A stretch of DNA of 64,000 nt, taken from the NCBI GenBank assembly GCA_028865345.1, contig JAGWKL010000007.1, forward strand, positions 6,089 through 70,088, in the 5' to 3' direction. Under the pieces are notes generated by a model. The model was not told the DNA's origin. It did not search any database and worked only from the letters and a program-made list of their open reading frames with translations. Shown piece after piece: positions 39,852-49,453 of this stretch. The DNA is from Candidatus Omnitrophota bacterium. GTDB lineage: Bacteria > Omnitrophota > Gorgyraeia > Zapsychrales > Fredricksoniimonadaceae. Made by a program: the position numbers and the translations under genes. Numbering within the stretch: the stretch's first letter is position 1; every line of letters starts with the position of its first letter.

Positions 39852-40227
39852 AAGCAATGTGTATGCGCATAAGCGCAAGAAACGCGTCCTTAAAGAGGCC
39901 AAGGGCCAGTTCGGTAACCGCAGCAAGCGGTACAAAGAAGCGATCAAGTCCCTGATCGCTTCCCGCCAGTATGCCTATTTTGACCGCAAAAAGAAGAAGG
40001 GCGACTACAGGAGCCTGTGGATCGTCCGCTTGAATGCCGCATGCCGGGAAGCAGGGATTTCCTACAGCCGTTTTATCAGCGGTCTGAAAAAGGCAAATAT
40101 CGCCCTTGACCGCAAAGTGCTGGCTGACCTGGCGGTGACCCAGCCGGAAGTTTTTAATCAGCTCATTGAGCAAACCAAAACAGAGAGCCCGAAGGCGGCG
40201 GCGAAGAAAGCAGCGAAAAAAGCTTAG
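39838..40227 (+). CDS. rplT: 50S ribosomal protein L20
   Basis: RSLWIVRLNAACR, SYSRFISGL, DRKVLADLA. Confidence 0.98.
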   Translation: MVRIKSNVYAHKRKKRVLKEAKGQFGNRSKRYKEAIKSLIASRQYAYFDRKKKKGDYRSLWIVRLNAACREAGISYSRFISGLKKANIALDRKVLADLAVTQPEVFNQLIEQTKTESPKAAAKKAAKKA

Positions 40228-40244
40228 CAGCAGCGTTCTTTCGA

Positions 40245-40295
40245 AATTAAGGGGACACAATGCTTAAACCGTTTAAGTATTGTGTCCCCTTAATT
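40245..40295. repeat. Intergenic palindrome, GGGGACAC family copy 1
   Basis: aattaaggggacacaatgcttaaac-c-gtttaagtattgtgtccccttaatt. Confidence 0.85.
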
Positions 40296-40314
40296 CTTAT
40301 CTTAGGTGCATGTA

Positions 40315-41328
40315 ATGCCTTGGAATTTTCAAGAGATCGAAGCCCGGATCAAAACCGAGGTTCAAACTGTGGGGACGCCGCAGGAACTGGAGGCTTTCCG
40401 CCTGAAGTATTTAGGCAAAAAAGGCCTTGTCCATGCCGTGTTTGCGTCGTTGGGCCAGGCGGCAGGGCAGGAGAAGGCGGCCATCGGCAAAGGCGCCAAT
40501 GATTTAAAAAAGCTCGTCGAGGAATTGATCGAAGCTAAAGCCGGCTGGGTCAAAGCAGCCGAGAAATTTGAAGAACGGGCGGATATTTCTCTTCCAGGCG
40601 CCGGCCAGGCCCTGGGGCACACGCATCTTTTGACACAGACCATGCAGGAGATCACCTTGATCTTTGAGCGCATGGGATTTATCACCGTCGAGACCCCTGA
40701 AATAGAGACGGAATTCCACAATTTTACCGGATTAAACATTCCCGTCGACCATCCTTCCAGAGACGCTTTTGATACTTTTTATTTGGATGCCGAAGACCCT
40801 TCGGCGAAAGGCCGCCGCCTTTTGTTGCGCAGCCATACTTCGCCGGGACAGGTGAGGATCATGAAGGAACATAAGCCGCCTTTGGCGGTCATTGTCCCCG
40901 GCCGCGTATACCGTCCTGATGCGGTGGATGCCAGCCATTCGTTCATGTTCCATCAGGTGGAGGGGCTATTGGTCGATGAAAAAGTGTCGTTCTGTGAGCT
41001 CAAAGGCCTGCTGCAGGAATTCTGCCGCCGGTTCTTCGGCCCCAAGGTCGTTATGCGCTTCCGTCCGCACTTTTTCCCATTTACCGAGCCTTCGGCGGAA
41101 GTGGACATCGATGCCGGAATTTTAGGAATTGAACGTAAAAAATGGCTGGAAATCCTGGGCTGCGGCATGGTCAATCCCAGGGTGTTTGAAGCGGTGGGAT
41201 ATTCCAAGGGCAAATACAAAGGCCTGGCCTTTGGCATGGGTGTTGAGCGTATGGCCATGCTCAAATACGGTATCAATGATATCCGTTTGTTTTATGAAAA
41301 CGATGTGCGGTTCCTGAGGCAGTTTTAA
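40315..41328 (+). CDS. pheS: Phenylalanine--tRNA ligase alpha subunit
   Basis: HPSRDAFDTFY, RSHTSPGQ, FPFTEPSAE, FGMGVER. Confidence 0.98.
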   Translation: MPWNFQEIEARIKTEVQTVGTPQELEAFRLKYLGKKGLVHAVFASLGQAAGQEKAAIGKGANDLKKLVEELIEAKAGWVKAAEKFEERADISLPGAGQALGHTHLLTQTMQEITLIFERMGFITVETPEIETEFHNFTGLNIPVDHPSRDAFDTFYLDAEDPSAKGRRLLLRSHTSPGQVRIMKEHKPPLAVIVPGRVYRPDAVDASHSFMFHQVEGLLVDEKVSFCELKGLLQEFCRRFFGPKVVMRFRPHFFPFTEPSAEVDIDAGILGIERKKWLEILGCGMVNPRVFEAVGYSKGKYKGLAFGMGVERMAMLKYGINDIRLFYENDVRFLRQF

Positions 41329-41331
41329 CTT

Positions 41332-43356
41332 ATGAAACTATCTCTCAACTGGTTAAAAGATTATATCGACCCTAAATTGTCGACGGATGAACTGGCCGAG
41401 CGCCTGACCATGGCCGGCCTGGAAGTGGAAGCGGTGGAAGCCCGCGGCAGGGACATGGTTTTGGAGATGGAGATCACGCCCAATCGCCCGGACTGTTTGA
41501 GTGTTTTAGGGCTGGGCCGGGAGATCAGCGCTATTACAGGCCGGGCCCTCAAATGCCCCAAGATCAGGGAGCACAAGACCGTAACGCTAAAGGACCTCGT
41601 CCGGATCGAAAATAAAAAAGACTGCTGCCGGTATATCGCGACCCTGATGAGGGGCGCCCGGATCAAGGATGCCCCCACAGAGATGAAGGCGCGCCTCGAG
41701 GCCATGGGTATCAACGTGATCAATAATGCCGTGGACATCACCAATTTCGTCCTGATGGAAACGGGCCAGCCCCTGCATGTTTTTGATTATGATAAATTGT
41801 CGGGCGGCAAGATCATCGTGCGCCGGGCCAGGGCAGGGGAAAGCATCATAACCCTCGACGGCGTTGAACGCAAACTGGACCCCGAAATTTTAGTGGTCGC
41901 AGATGCCGAAAAGCCGGTGGCCATCGCCGGGATCATGGGCGGACAGGATGCGCAGATCACCGCGCAGACAAAAAACATTTTACTCGAAAGCGCTCATTTC
42001 GAGATGGGGATCGTGCGCAGGGCCTGCCGCAGACTGGGGCTTAGGAGCGAATCCTCATACCGTTTTGAACGCAACGTGGATCTCGACGGAGTTTTGACCG
42101 GTGCCGGTCGGGCCGTTGATCTGCTTTTGCAGACGACAGGCGGACATTTGGGCGGACGCGCGGAAATCTTTTCTAAAACAAGAATTTCCAGGCCTAAGAT
42201 AAAGGTCAGGATTTCCGGCGTTAAGGAGCTTCTTGGCATCGAAGTTGCTCCCGCAAAAGTTAAGGGCTGGCTCGTCCAATTGGGATTTAAAGCGGCGATC
42301 AAGGCGGGTATTTTGACGGTCGTCCCTCCGTCCAACCGCGCGGACGTGGCTCAGGAAGCGGATGTGATCGAAGAGGTCGCCCGCATGGTGGGTTTTGACC
42401 GGTTGCCTGCTCAAATACCGGTCATCAAATCAGCCAATATCACCGTCGACGCAAGGCCCCGGGAAATTAAAACGGATATTCGCCGGGCCCTGACAGCGGC
42501 CGGGATGGATGAGATTATTACCCTGTCCATGATCAATGCCGCGACCCTTGTCAAAACAAACATCACACAAATGCCGGGCATCAAGATCTTCAACCCGCTT
42601 TCCCAGGACCAGGAACTGATGCGTCCGGTGTTGCTGCCGTCGTTCCTGCAGGTGGCGGCCACCAACATGAACCGCGGCCAAAAGAATTTGCGGTTTTTCG
42701 AAATCGGCAAAACGTATTTCCAGGGCAAAGAAAGGGACGCTTTGGGAGTTTTCTTGACGGGCCGGCGGACGCATGATTGGCGGGCATCGGAGAAAGAGCA
42801 AGTCGATATCTTTGATTTAAAAGGCGCCCTGGAGCGCGTTTTTCAAATAACAGGGACCGGCGCGGGGTATGAAGACGTTGCGATACCTGCCTTTGACCCC
42901 GGTTGCGCCGCATACATCGCAGTCAACGGAAAGCAGATAGGGATTATGGGCAGGGTGAACAGAAGCGTGTTAAATAATTGGGACATCAAACATCAGGACA
43001 TTTATTTTGCCGCGCTTTTTCTGGATGAGATTTTGTCCGCGTCCCATAAGGCGGTGCGCTACGAGCCCATTTCGGAATTCCCGGCCATCGTCAGGGACGT
43101 GTCCCTGGCGGTTGACAAAAGCGTTCCTTACAAAAAGATCGAAGACATTTGCAGGCAACAGGGAGGGGAGATTTTAAAATCCGTTCAATTTATAGAGCAG
43201 TATTCAGGAGACAAGATCCAGCCGGGCTGCAAGGGAATTGTGTTTTCCTGCCGCTACCAATCTTCCAGCCGGACCCTGCGGGAAGACGAGGTCACACAGG
43301 CCCATGAACGCCTTGTACAGGCGTTGTCCCGCGATTTAAATGCCGTCCGCCGGTAA
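41332..43356 (+). CDS. pheT: Phenylalanine--tRNA ligase beta subunit (short form, no OB/B2 domain)
   Basis: MKLSLNWLKDY...GLEVE joined directly to EITPNRPDCLS; ESSYRFER; FPAIVRDVS. Confidence 0.97.
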   Translation: MKLSLNWLKDYIDPKLSTDELAERLTMAGLEVEAVEARGRDMVLEMEITPNRPDCLSVLGLGREISAITGRALKCPKIREHKTVTLKDLVRIENKKDCCRYIATLMRGARIKDAPTEMKARLEAMGINVINNAVDITNFVLMETGQPLHVFDYDKLSGGKIIVRRARAGESIITLDGVERKLDPEILVVADAEKPVAIAGIMGGQDAQITAQTKNILLESAHFEMGIVRRACRRLGLRSESSYRFERNVDLDGVLTGAGRAVDLLLQTTGGHLGGRAEIFSKTRISRPKIKVRISGVKELLGIEVAPAKVKGWLVQLGFKAAIKAGILTVVPPSNRADVAQEADVIEEVARMVGFDRLPAQIPVIKSANITVDARPREIKTDIRRALTAAGMDEIITLSMINAATLVKTNITQMPGIKIFNPLSQDQELMRPVLLPSFLQVAATNMNRGQKNLRFFEIGKTYFQGKERDALGVFLTGRRTHDWRASEKEQVDIFDLKGALERVFQITGTGAGYEDVAIPAFDPGCAAYIAVNGKQIGIMGRVNRSVLNNWDIKHQDIYFAALFLDEILSASHKAVRYEPISEFPAIVRDVSLAVDKSVPYKKIEDICRQQGGEILKSVQFIEQYSGDKIQPGCKGIVFSCRYQSSSRTLREDEVTQAHERLVQALSRDLNAVRR

Positions 43357-43358
43357 GT

Positions 43359-43829
43359 TCAATTTTGTTTAAATTGTCTTTTTACCCCGGGCCGGGTAAA
43401 AAAGTAGATCAGTAAAAGCCCAAAGATGACATCGATGGACCTTTGGATGATCAGGGCTGGCCATACAAAATCGGAGAAGCTGAATGGAAAAATGCTGCCC
43501 AGGGTTTGGTCCAGGTATTGGGCATGAAGGGCGTAGGCGGCATAAGGGTGTTTCAAGTTGACAAGCAAGACCACAAAAAGGCTGTTGAAGACCGCCAGCT
43601 TTCTGCACCATTCATTCAATTTCAGTATGCCGATCCCGGCGACAAGCCCCAAAAGTTTAATGATCCAGGAAACCCCATAGCGCAGGTCAATGATGCCGGG
43701 AGGGTATTGCCCGAAAAGATAGGCATAATGTTTATAGCCCCCCAAGGCCAGGGCGGTCATTTGATATAAGGAACCCAGTATCAGCAGCCAGCCCCAGACA
43801 GTGACCCCGTTAGATCTGGTGTTTACCAT
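43359..43829 (-). CDS. Hypothetical membrane protein (about 4 TM)
   Basis: Four hydrophobic stretches; C-terminal YFFTRPGVKRQF. Confidence 0.7.
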   Translation of the reverse strand: MVNTRSNGVTVWGWLLILGSLYQMTALALGGYKHYAYLFGQYPPGIIDLRYGVSWIIKLLGLVAGIGILKLNEWCRKLAVFNSLFVVLLVNLKHPYAAYALHAQYLDQTLGSIFPFSFSDFVWPALIIQRSIDVIFGLLLIYFFTRPGVKRQFKQN

Positions 43830-43888
43830 TGCTTTAAAGAATATCTTGTTTTCCGGTTCTTATCTATGATAAACTTTTTTTAAAATAC

Positions 43889-44674
43889 ATGGATAAAAAA
43901 TTCAAGCGCGTCCTTATCACCGGAGCAACGGGCCAATTGGGAAGCCGTCTTGTTTCCAGCGGATTGTTCCCCGGCCCCCTGACACCCTCCCGACGTCAAC
44001 TGGACCTTTGCGAGGACGAAAGCGTCAGGGAATATTTCCAGGCGCATTCTTTTGATGCGGTGATCCACACGGCGGCCCTGGCCAGGATGCGCGATTGCCA
44101 CCGCAACCCCGCCCTGGCCCTGGAGACGAACATGACGGGCACCTTGCGGCTGGTCAGGGCGACGCTGGACAAAGAAAAGAAAATAAAAAAAACACTGAGG
44201 TTCGTTTATATTTCCACCGACGGGGTGTATGCCGGCGTTCGCGGACGCTACAAAGAGACGGATGCAGCCATTCCATATAATCATTACGGCTGGACAAAGC
44301 TGGGAGGCGAATGCGCGGTCCATTTATTGAGGGACCATTGCATTGTCCGCACCCGGTATTTTGACCCGGGCGACCTGCCGTTCACGAAGTACACCGCGGA
44401 TGCGTATAATTCAGGCATCCCCTTGGACGAACTGGTCAAAGCCATTTACGGACTTTTATATTCGGAATTTTCAGGCACGGTGAATGTGGGCGGCAGGCGC
44501 GGCTCGGACTACGGGCGGTACAGAAAATATAAAACAGCCGTTAAGCCCTGCCTTTTAAAAGAAATCCAGAAAAAGACCCCATTTATCCTCTCCCGCGATG
44601 CTTCTTTAAATTGCGGTCTTTGGAGAAAAATAAATCCCTATGGTGCTTACCGTTATCGTTCCTTTCCATCATGA
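43889..44674 (+). CDS. RmlD-like NAD(P)-dependent sugar reductase (extended SDR)
   Basis: ITGATGQLG, HTAA, YISTDGVY, YGWTKLGGE. Confidence 0.88.
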   Translation: MDKKFKRVLITGATGQLGSRLVSSGLFPGPLTPSRRQLDLCEDESVREYFQAHSFDAVIHTAALARMRDCHRNPALALETNMTGTLRLVRATLDKEKKIKKTLRFVYISTDGVYAGVRGRYKETDAAIPYNHYGWTKLGGECAVHLLRDHCIVRTRYFDPGDLPFTKYTADAYNSGIPLDELVKAIYGLLYSEFSGTVNVGGRRGSDYGRYRKYKTAVKPCLLKEIQKKTPFILSRDASLNCGLWRKINPYGAYRYRSFPS

Positions 44675-45356
44675 AGGGCAAAACATGGCCTCAACCCTCC
44701 GGGGCCTTCAAGGGGTTTTGAATGTTCCCCATGAAATTCTGCTTATCCATGACGATAAAGAAGAACCTGCCCTGCCCTTTGTTAAACCTATTCAGGCAAA
44801 GGACGCCTCCATGCAGATCCTGTTGAATGCCTGCTTGCCCGGCGTTGCCGGCGCCATCAGGACCGGACTGGAAAGGGCAAGAGGACAATATGTTCTTTTT
44901 CTCGTCGCAGATGATCAAGGACCGCTGGCCATCATTAACCCGATGCTTGATTTAATGCGCAGGGGCTATGACGTGGTCTCCGGGACACGTTATGCCGGCA
45001 GCGGGGGCGTTTCAGGGGGAGGATTTTGGGCCAACGCGGCCTCGGCCTGGGGCAACCGGACCTTTGGGTTGTTGGCCTCCAGCCAATTCTCCGACGCGAC
45101 ATGCGGCATCAAAATGTTCCGTAAAGAAATTCTCCAGGGAGCCCCATTCAACGCCGGGGCAGGCTGGGCTGTTGTATTTGAGCTTGCCGTCAGGGCCGAG
45201 CGGCAGGGGCTTAAGGTCGCGGAAATACCGTATGTCTCTTACAATCGCGTTGAGGGCGGGATGTCTCATTTTAAAATAGGGCCGCGGATGCTTGGCTATG
45301 GGAAAATATTCTTAAGGGAAGCGGTCAATCTCAGGTTTAGGAAAACACATGCCTGA
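44640..45356 (+). CDS. GT2 glycosyltransferase, polyprenol-phosphate (DPM1-like) type
   Basis: VIVPFHHEG, IHDD, ADDQ, VVSGTRY, DATCGIKMF, EIPY. Confidence 0.85.
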   Translation: MVLTVIVPFHHEGQNMASTLRGLQGVLNVPHEILLIHDDKEEPALPFVKPIQAKDASMQILLNACLPGVAGAIRTGLERARGQYVLFLVADDQGPLAIINPMLDLMRRGYDVVSGTRYAGSGGVSGGGFWANAASAWGNRTFGLLASSQFSDATCGIKMFRKEILQGAPFNAGAGWAVVFELAVRAERQGLKVAEIPYVSYNRVEGGMSHFKIGPRMLGYGKIFLREAVNLRFRKTHA

Positions 45357-46593
45357 ACATGTTTTAATAAAGCACTGTCAAATCTGTCAGGGGCCGACGC
45401 AGGAGGCTCTGTCCTTGGGTGATCTCCCCCTTGTGGACTGCTTAATGGAGCCGTCGGATGTCCATGCCCCTGTTGCGCGGTATCCGGCCAACCTGCAGCA
45501 CTGTCCTTCCTGCCGGCTCGCCCAACTGGGTTGCATTGTTGATAATCGATTGCGTTTTCCCCCGGAGTATCCGTATACCAGCGCCACGACGAAAATATTA
45601 CGGGACAATTTTTCTCAATTGGCCCTGGAGACGGGGGAGTTTACCGCATTAAATACGGACGATTTGGTCCTGGACATCGGATGCAATGACGGTACATTGC
45701 TGAAGAATTTCAAAGACCGGACGAAGGTGTTGGGTGTGACCCCTGAGGACATGGGACAAGCGGCCCTTCAGCAGGGGATCGACGTGATCCAGGCCTATTT
45801 TACGCCCGCCGCAAGGCAGGAAATCCTGCGGCGCCATGGACAGGCGACGGTCGTCCTTGCCGCCAACGTGCTGGCCCATTTCGACGATATCAACAGGGCC
45901 GTCGATGACATCAAACAGCTGTTGAAGCCTCACGGCCTTTTTATTTCGGAATCGGGGTATCTTTTTGACATGCTCGAAGGGCTGCAGTATGATTCCATCC
46001 ACCACGAACATCTGCGTTATTATTCATTGGCGAGCCTGAAGGTCCTTTTTGACAGGCATGGCCTTCAGATCATCCACGCCGCAAAAATAAACACGCATGG
46101 AGGATCCTTGCGTGTTTATGCCGCCTTTCAGGGGAAATACCCCGTGCGTTCAAGCGTGGCGGCGATTTTGAAGGAAGAAGCGGACAAAAATCTCATTTTC
46201 CTGCTCGATGATTTCCATCGGAGGGCCGGAGAACATAAAAGCTGTTTATCCCGGCTGTTGCGCGGGCTTAAAAGCAGACATAAGACCATTCAAGGCATCG
46301 GAGCGCCGGGACGCGCGACTGTGCTTATGAATTATGCGGGGATCGACAATGCCATCCTCGATGGGGTGGCCGAAATCGAAGGTTCGCACAAGATCGGCAA
46401 GATCATTCCGGGCACGGGGGTCAGGATCGTCTTGCAACAGGAATTTTTTAAAAATCAACCTGATTATGCTCTGATGCTTTCCTGGCATATCGCCGGAGAA
46501 CTTATGCCGAAACTTAAAATGCAGGGGTTCCGGGGGGACTTCATATTGCCGTTGCCTAAACCAGTTCTTATCAGCAGCCAGGATGCCGGATGA
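45349..46593 (+). CDS. NDP-hexose C-methyltransferase family (Zn-binding N-terminus)
   Basis: CQIC...CPSC, DIGCNDG, NVLAH, YDSIHHEHLRY, THGGSLR, GAPGRA, LSWH. Confidence 0.9.
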   Translation: MPEHVLIKHCQICQGPTQEALSLGDLPLVDCLMEPSDVHAPVARYPANLQHCPSCRLAQLGCIVDNRLRFPPEYPYTSATTKILRDNFSQLALETGEFTALNTDDLVLDIGCNDGTLLKNFKDRTKVLGVTPEDMGQAALQQGIDVIQAYFTPAARQEILRRHGQATVVLAANVLAHFDDINRAVDDIKQLLKPHGLFISESGYLFDMLEGLQYDSIHHEHLRYYSLASLKVLFDRHGLQIIHAAKINTHGGSLRVYAAFQGKYPVRSSVAAILKEEADKNLIFLLDDFHRRAGEHKSCLSRLLRGLKSRHKTIQGIGAPGRATVLMNYAGIDNAILDGVAEIEGSHKIGKIIPGTGVRIVLQQEFFKNQPDYALMLSWHIAGELMPKLKMQGFRGDFILPLPKPVLISSQDAG

Positions 46594-47327
46594 GCGGACA
46601 GGACAGCCTGCAGGAGATTGCTTTTTTTGACGAGTTTACCCGCAGCAGGGATTACGACAGCCTGATGCCCCGTGGCTACCGGGCCATTATCAAAGCCTTC
46701 TGTGAGTGTTTGGGGCCGAGGCGTTCACAGGTGCGCACGGCCGTGGACCTAGGCTGCGGGACAGGCTCTTTTACCCGGCGGTTTTTTCAGCAGGACGGCT
46801 TGGTGGGTGTGGGGGTCGATATTTCTTTTCAAGCCGTTCGAAGGGCCGCATCCAATAACGACGGGATCCATTATTTCGTTTCCGACATCAGCCGCACGGC
46901 CATCAAAGACGGGTCCGTGGATCTGGTGGTTTTTTCCGGCGTGCTGCACCATTTTCCGGATATGACAGCCTGTCTCAATGAGGCCCGCAGGATCTTAAGA
47001 AAAGGAGGGATGTTCCTATCCTATGACCCGCATATCCACAATCCCTGCATGTGGCTTTACCGGCATCCCCGGTCGCCTTTTTATTCAAAAGCGGGAAAAA
47101 CAGCCAATGAGAGACTCCTTTCCAAACAGGAAATGCAGGAAGCTTTGCATAAATCCGGATTCATCAACATCAAAACCTTGGCCATCAGCGGAGTGGCCAT
47201 CTCTTATTTGGAATCGCCGGCGGCCCGGAGGTTTCTGGCTTTTTACAATGCCTTTGAATACCTGCTGGGGTTGCTGCCTGTTTCCAGAAGCATAGGGTCT
47301 TTCTTGATTTGCTATGCGGAAAAATAA
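46590..47327 (+). CDS. Class I SAM-dependent methyltransferase
   Basis: VDLGCGTG, GVDIS, VLHHFPD...RILRKGG. Confidence 0.9.
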   Translation: MSGQDSLQEIAFFDEFTRSRDYDSLMPRGYRAIIKAFCECLGPRRSQVRTAVDLGCGTGSFTRRFFQQDGLVGVGVDISFQAVRRAASNNDGIHYFVSDISRTAIKDGSVDLVVFSGVLHHFPDMTACLNEARRILRKGGMFLSYDPHIHNPCMWLYRHPRSPFYSKAGKTANERLLSKQEMQEALHKSGFINIKTLAISGVAISYLESPAARRFLAFYNAFEYLLGLLPVSRSIGSFLICYAEK

Positions 47328-47342
47328 GCGTATAATATATCC

Positions 47343-47503
47343 AGCCCTGCGCTGTGCGATAGGATCCAGGATGTATTGAACCACAAAACAATACACAGGG
47401 AGCCGGTCACCTGTCGGCGTGGCCTTCGAGCCAGCCTCACACTGGCGCCCACTTGAGAATGATGGTTCTCATTTACACCAGGTCCAACGGCAGAGGCGGG
47501 GTT
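47343..47503 (+). ncRNA. ssrS: 6S RNA (ssrS) candidate
   Basis: 5' ccctgcgctg pairs with 3' cagaggcgggg; TTGAACC, CAGGGAGCC, CCCAC and GGTTC motifs; TATAAT at 47331; U-tract after; near ygfA-rny-ymdB. Confidence 0.75.
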
Positions 47504-47508
47504 TTTTT

Positions 47509-47538
47509 AAAAGGGGACACAGTACTGTGTCCCCTTTT
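47509..47538. repeat. Perfect 30-bp palindrome, GGGGACAC family copy 2
   Basis: aaaaggggacacagt|actgtgtcccctttt. Confidence 0.9.
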
Positions 47539-47547
47539 CCTACTTAA

Positions 47548-48858
47548 ATGTCTACTTTGTTTTCTTCAGATGAAACAATCATTCCCTCGGATGCGCCCTT
47601 AAGCGCCCGTATGCGGCCGCGCTCCATAGAAGAGTATGTAGGCCAGCGGCATATTTTAGGGGAAGGCAAACTGCTCAAGCGCGCCATCGAAGCGGACAGG
47701 ATCTCTTCGCTCATTCTTTACGGCCCTCCGGGAGCCGGAAAAACAAGCCTGGCCCTGTGCATTGCCCACAGGACTAATGCGCATTTTGAACGGATCAACG
47801 CGGTGTCCTCCAATGTTGAAGAGATGCGCAAGATCATTGCTGCGGCCCAACACCGCCGGGGCACGGCAGGCCGCAAGACCATTGTTTTTATCGATGAGAT
47901 CCACCGGTTTAACAAGGCCCAACAGGATGTGCTGATGCCGGACATCGAAGAGGGCAATATCATCCTGATCGGCGCGACCGTTTTTAACCCTTTCTTTGCC
48001 TTGGTGGCCCCGCTGCTGTCGCGCTCATTGATTTTTGAACTTGATCCCCTGGCCCCGGAAGACCTGATGACCTTGATGCGGCGCGCCATTGCCGACAAAG
48101 AAAAGGGTTTAGGGGCCTTGCCTGTTGACATCGATGATGATGCTCTTGCCTTCTTGTCGTCCATCAGCGACGGTGATGCCAGAAAGGCGCTTAACGCCCT
48201 GGAAGTGGCGGTCCTGACAAGCGTTAAATCCGCCGACGGGCGTATTCACATCACCATGGCCACGGCCCAGGAGTCCATCCAGAAAAAACAAGTGAATTAT
48301 GACCGGGACGGCGACGCCCACTATGATACGATCTCCGCTTTTATCAAATCCATGCGTGGCTCAGATCCGGATGCTGCACTTTATTGGATGGCCAAGATGA
48401 TCTATGCCGGGGAAGACCCGCGGTTTATCGCCCGGCGTGTTGTGATCTGCGCTTCGGAAGATGTGGGTAATGCGGACCCGCAGGCGCTGGTCGTGGCCAA
48501 TGCCGCCCTCCAGGCCGCGGAATTTGTCGGCCTTCCGGAAGCGCGCATCATTCTGGCGCAGGCAGCCGTTTATGTGGCGTGCGCTCCTAAATCCAATGCC
48601 GTTTATGTTGGGATCGACCGGGCCTTGGACGATGTGAAAAACAGACGCACGCAGGAAGTCCCGGCGCACCTGAAAGACGCCCATTATAAAGGGGCGGACA
48701 AGCTGGAGCATGGAAAAGGATATAAATACGCCCACAACTACCCGCAACACCACGTGCAACAGGAGTATATGCCGGACAAAGCCGTTTATTATGAGCCCAC
48801 CCTGCAAGGGTATGAGGCCAGGATCAAAGAGAGAATGGACAAATTAAAGAAAAAATGA
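47548..48858 (+). CDS. rarA: Replication-associated recombination protein A (MgsA)
   Basis: PLSARMRP, YGPPGAGKT, DEIHRFNKAQQD, SAFIKSMRGSD, ASEDVGNADP. Confidence 0.97.
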   Translation: MSTLFSSDETIIPSDAPLSARMRPRSIEEYVGQRHILGEGKLLKRAIEADRISSLILYGPPGAGKTSLALCIAHRTNAHFERINAVSSNVEEMRKIIAAAQHRRGTAGRKTIVFIDEIHRFNKAQQDVLMPDIEEGNIILIGATVFNPFFALVAPLLSRSLIFELDPLAPEDLMTLMRRAIADKEKGLGALPVDIDDDALAFLSSISDGDARKALNALEVAVLTSVKSADGRIHITMATAQESIQKKQVNYDRDGDAHYDTISAFIKSMRGSDPDAALYWMAKMIYAGEDPRFIARRVVICASEDVGNADPQALVVANAALQAAEFVGLPEARIILAQAAVYVACAPKSNAVYVGIDRALDDVKNRRTQEVPAHLKDAHYKGADKLEHGKGYKYAHNYPQHHVQQEYMPDKAVYYEPTLQGYEARIKERMDKLKKK

Positions 48859-48874
48859 TAGTATAGCCGCACAC

Positions 48875-49426
48875 ATGAAGGACAAAAGCTCTTTAAGAGC
48901 GTATTATTTAAAGCTTCTTGGAGAGCAGGACAAAGAGCAATGTGCGCGTAAAAGCCATTTGGTTGCGGAGCAATTTTGGCAATTGCCGTCCGTCCAAAAG
49001 GCCCGCCACATTCTTTTTTATGTATCCATGCCGGGAGAGGTGGATACTTCAGCGATGATTCACAAGGCTTTTTATCTCGGTAAAAGGGTGGCATTACCCA
49101 TTGTTGAACAAAATCAAAGGAAGCTAATTCCTACATTCATCTCATCCATGGAAGATGTCCATAAGGGCGCATACGGTATTCCGGAACCTTATTTTGATCC
49201 CCAAAAGACAGCTGCCGCTAAGGACCTCGATGCGGCGGTCGTGCCGGGCCTGGCGTTTGACAGGCTCCATCACCGTTTGGGGCGCGGGGCCGGGTATTAC
49301 GACCGCTTTTTGAGCACGCTTCCGGACAGGGTGACGACGATCGGCCTTGCCTTTGATTTTCAACTCACCGAAAGCCTTCCTACTGAGGCGCATGATATGC
49401 CCCTCAGCCAAGTCATCGCAGCCTAA
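48875..49426 (+). CDS. ygfA: 5-formyltetrahydrofolate cyclo-ligase
   Basis: VPGLAFD...RLGRGAGYYDR, EAHD. Confidence 0.93.
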   Translation: MKDKSSLRAYYLKLLGEQDKEQCARKSHLVAEQFWQLPSVQKARHILFYVSMPGEVDTSAMIHKAFYLGKRVALPIVEQNQRKLIPTFISSMEDVHKGAYGIPEPYFDPQKTAAAKDLDAAVVPGLAFDRLHHRLGRGAGYYDRFLSTLPDRVTTIGLAFDFQLTESLPTEAHDMPLSQVIAA

Positions 49427-49453
49427 TAATCTCATTTTCAAGGAAGGATCGCC

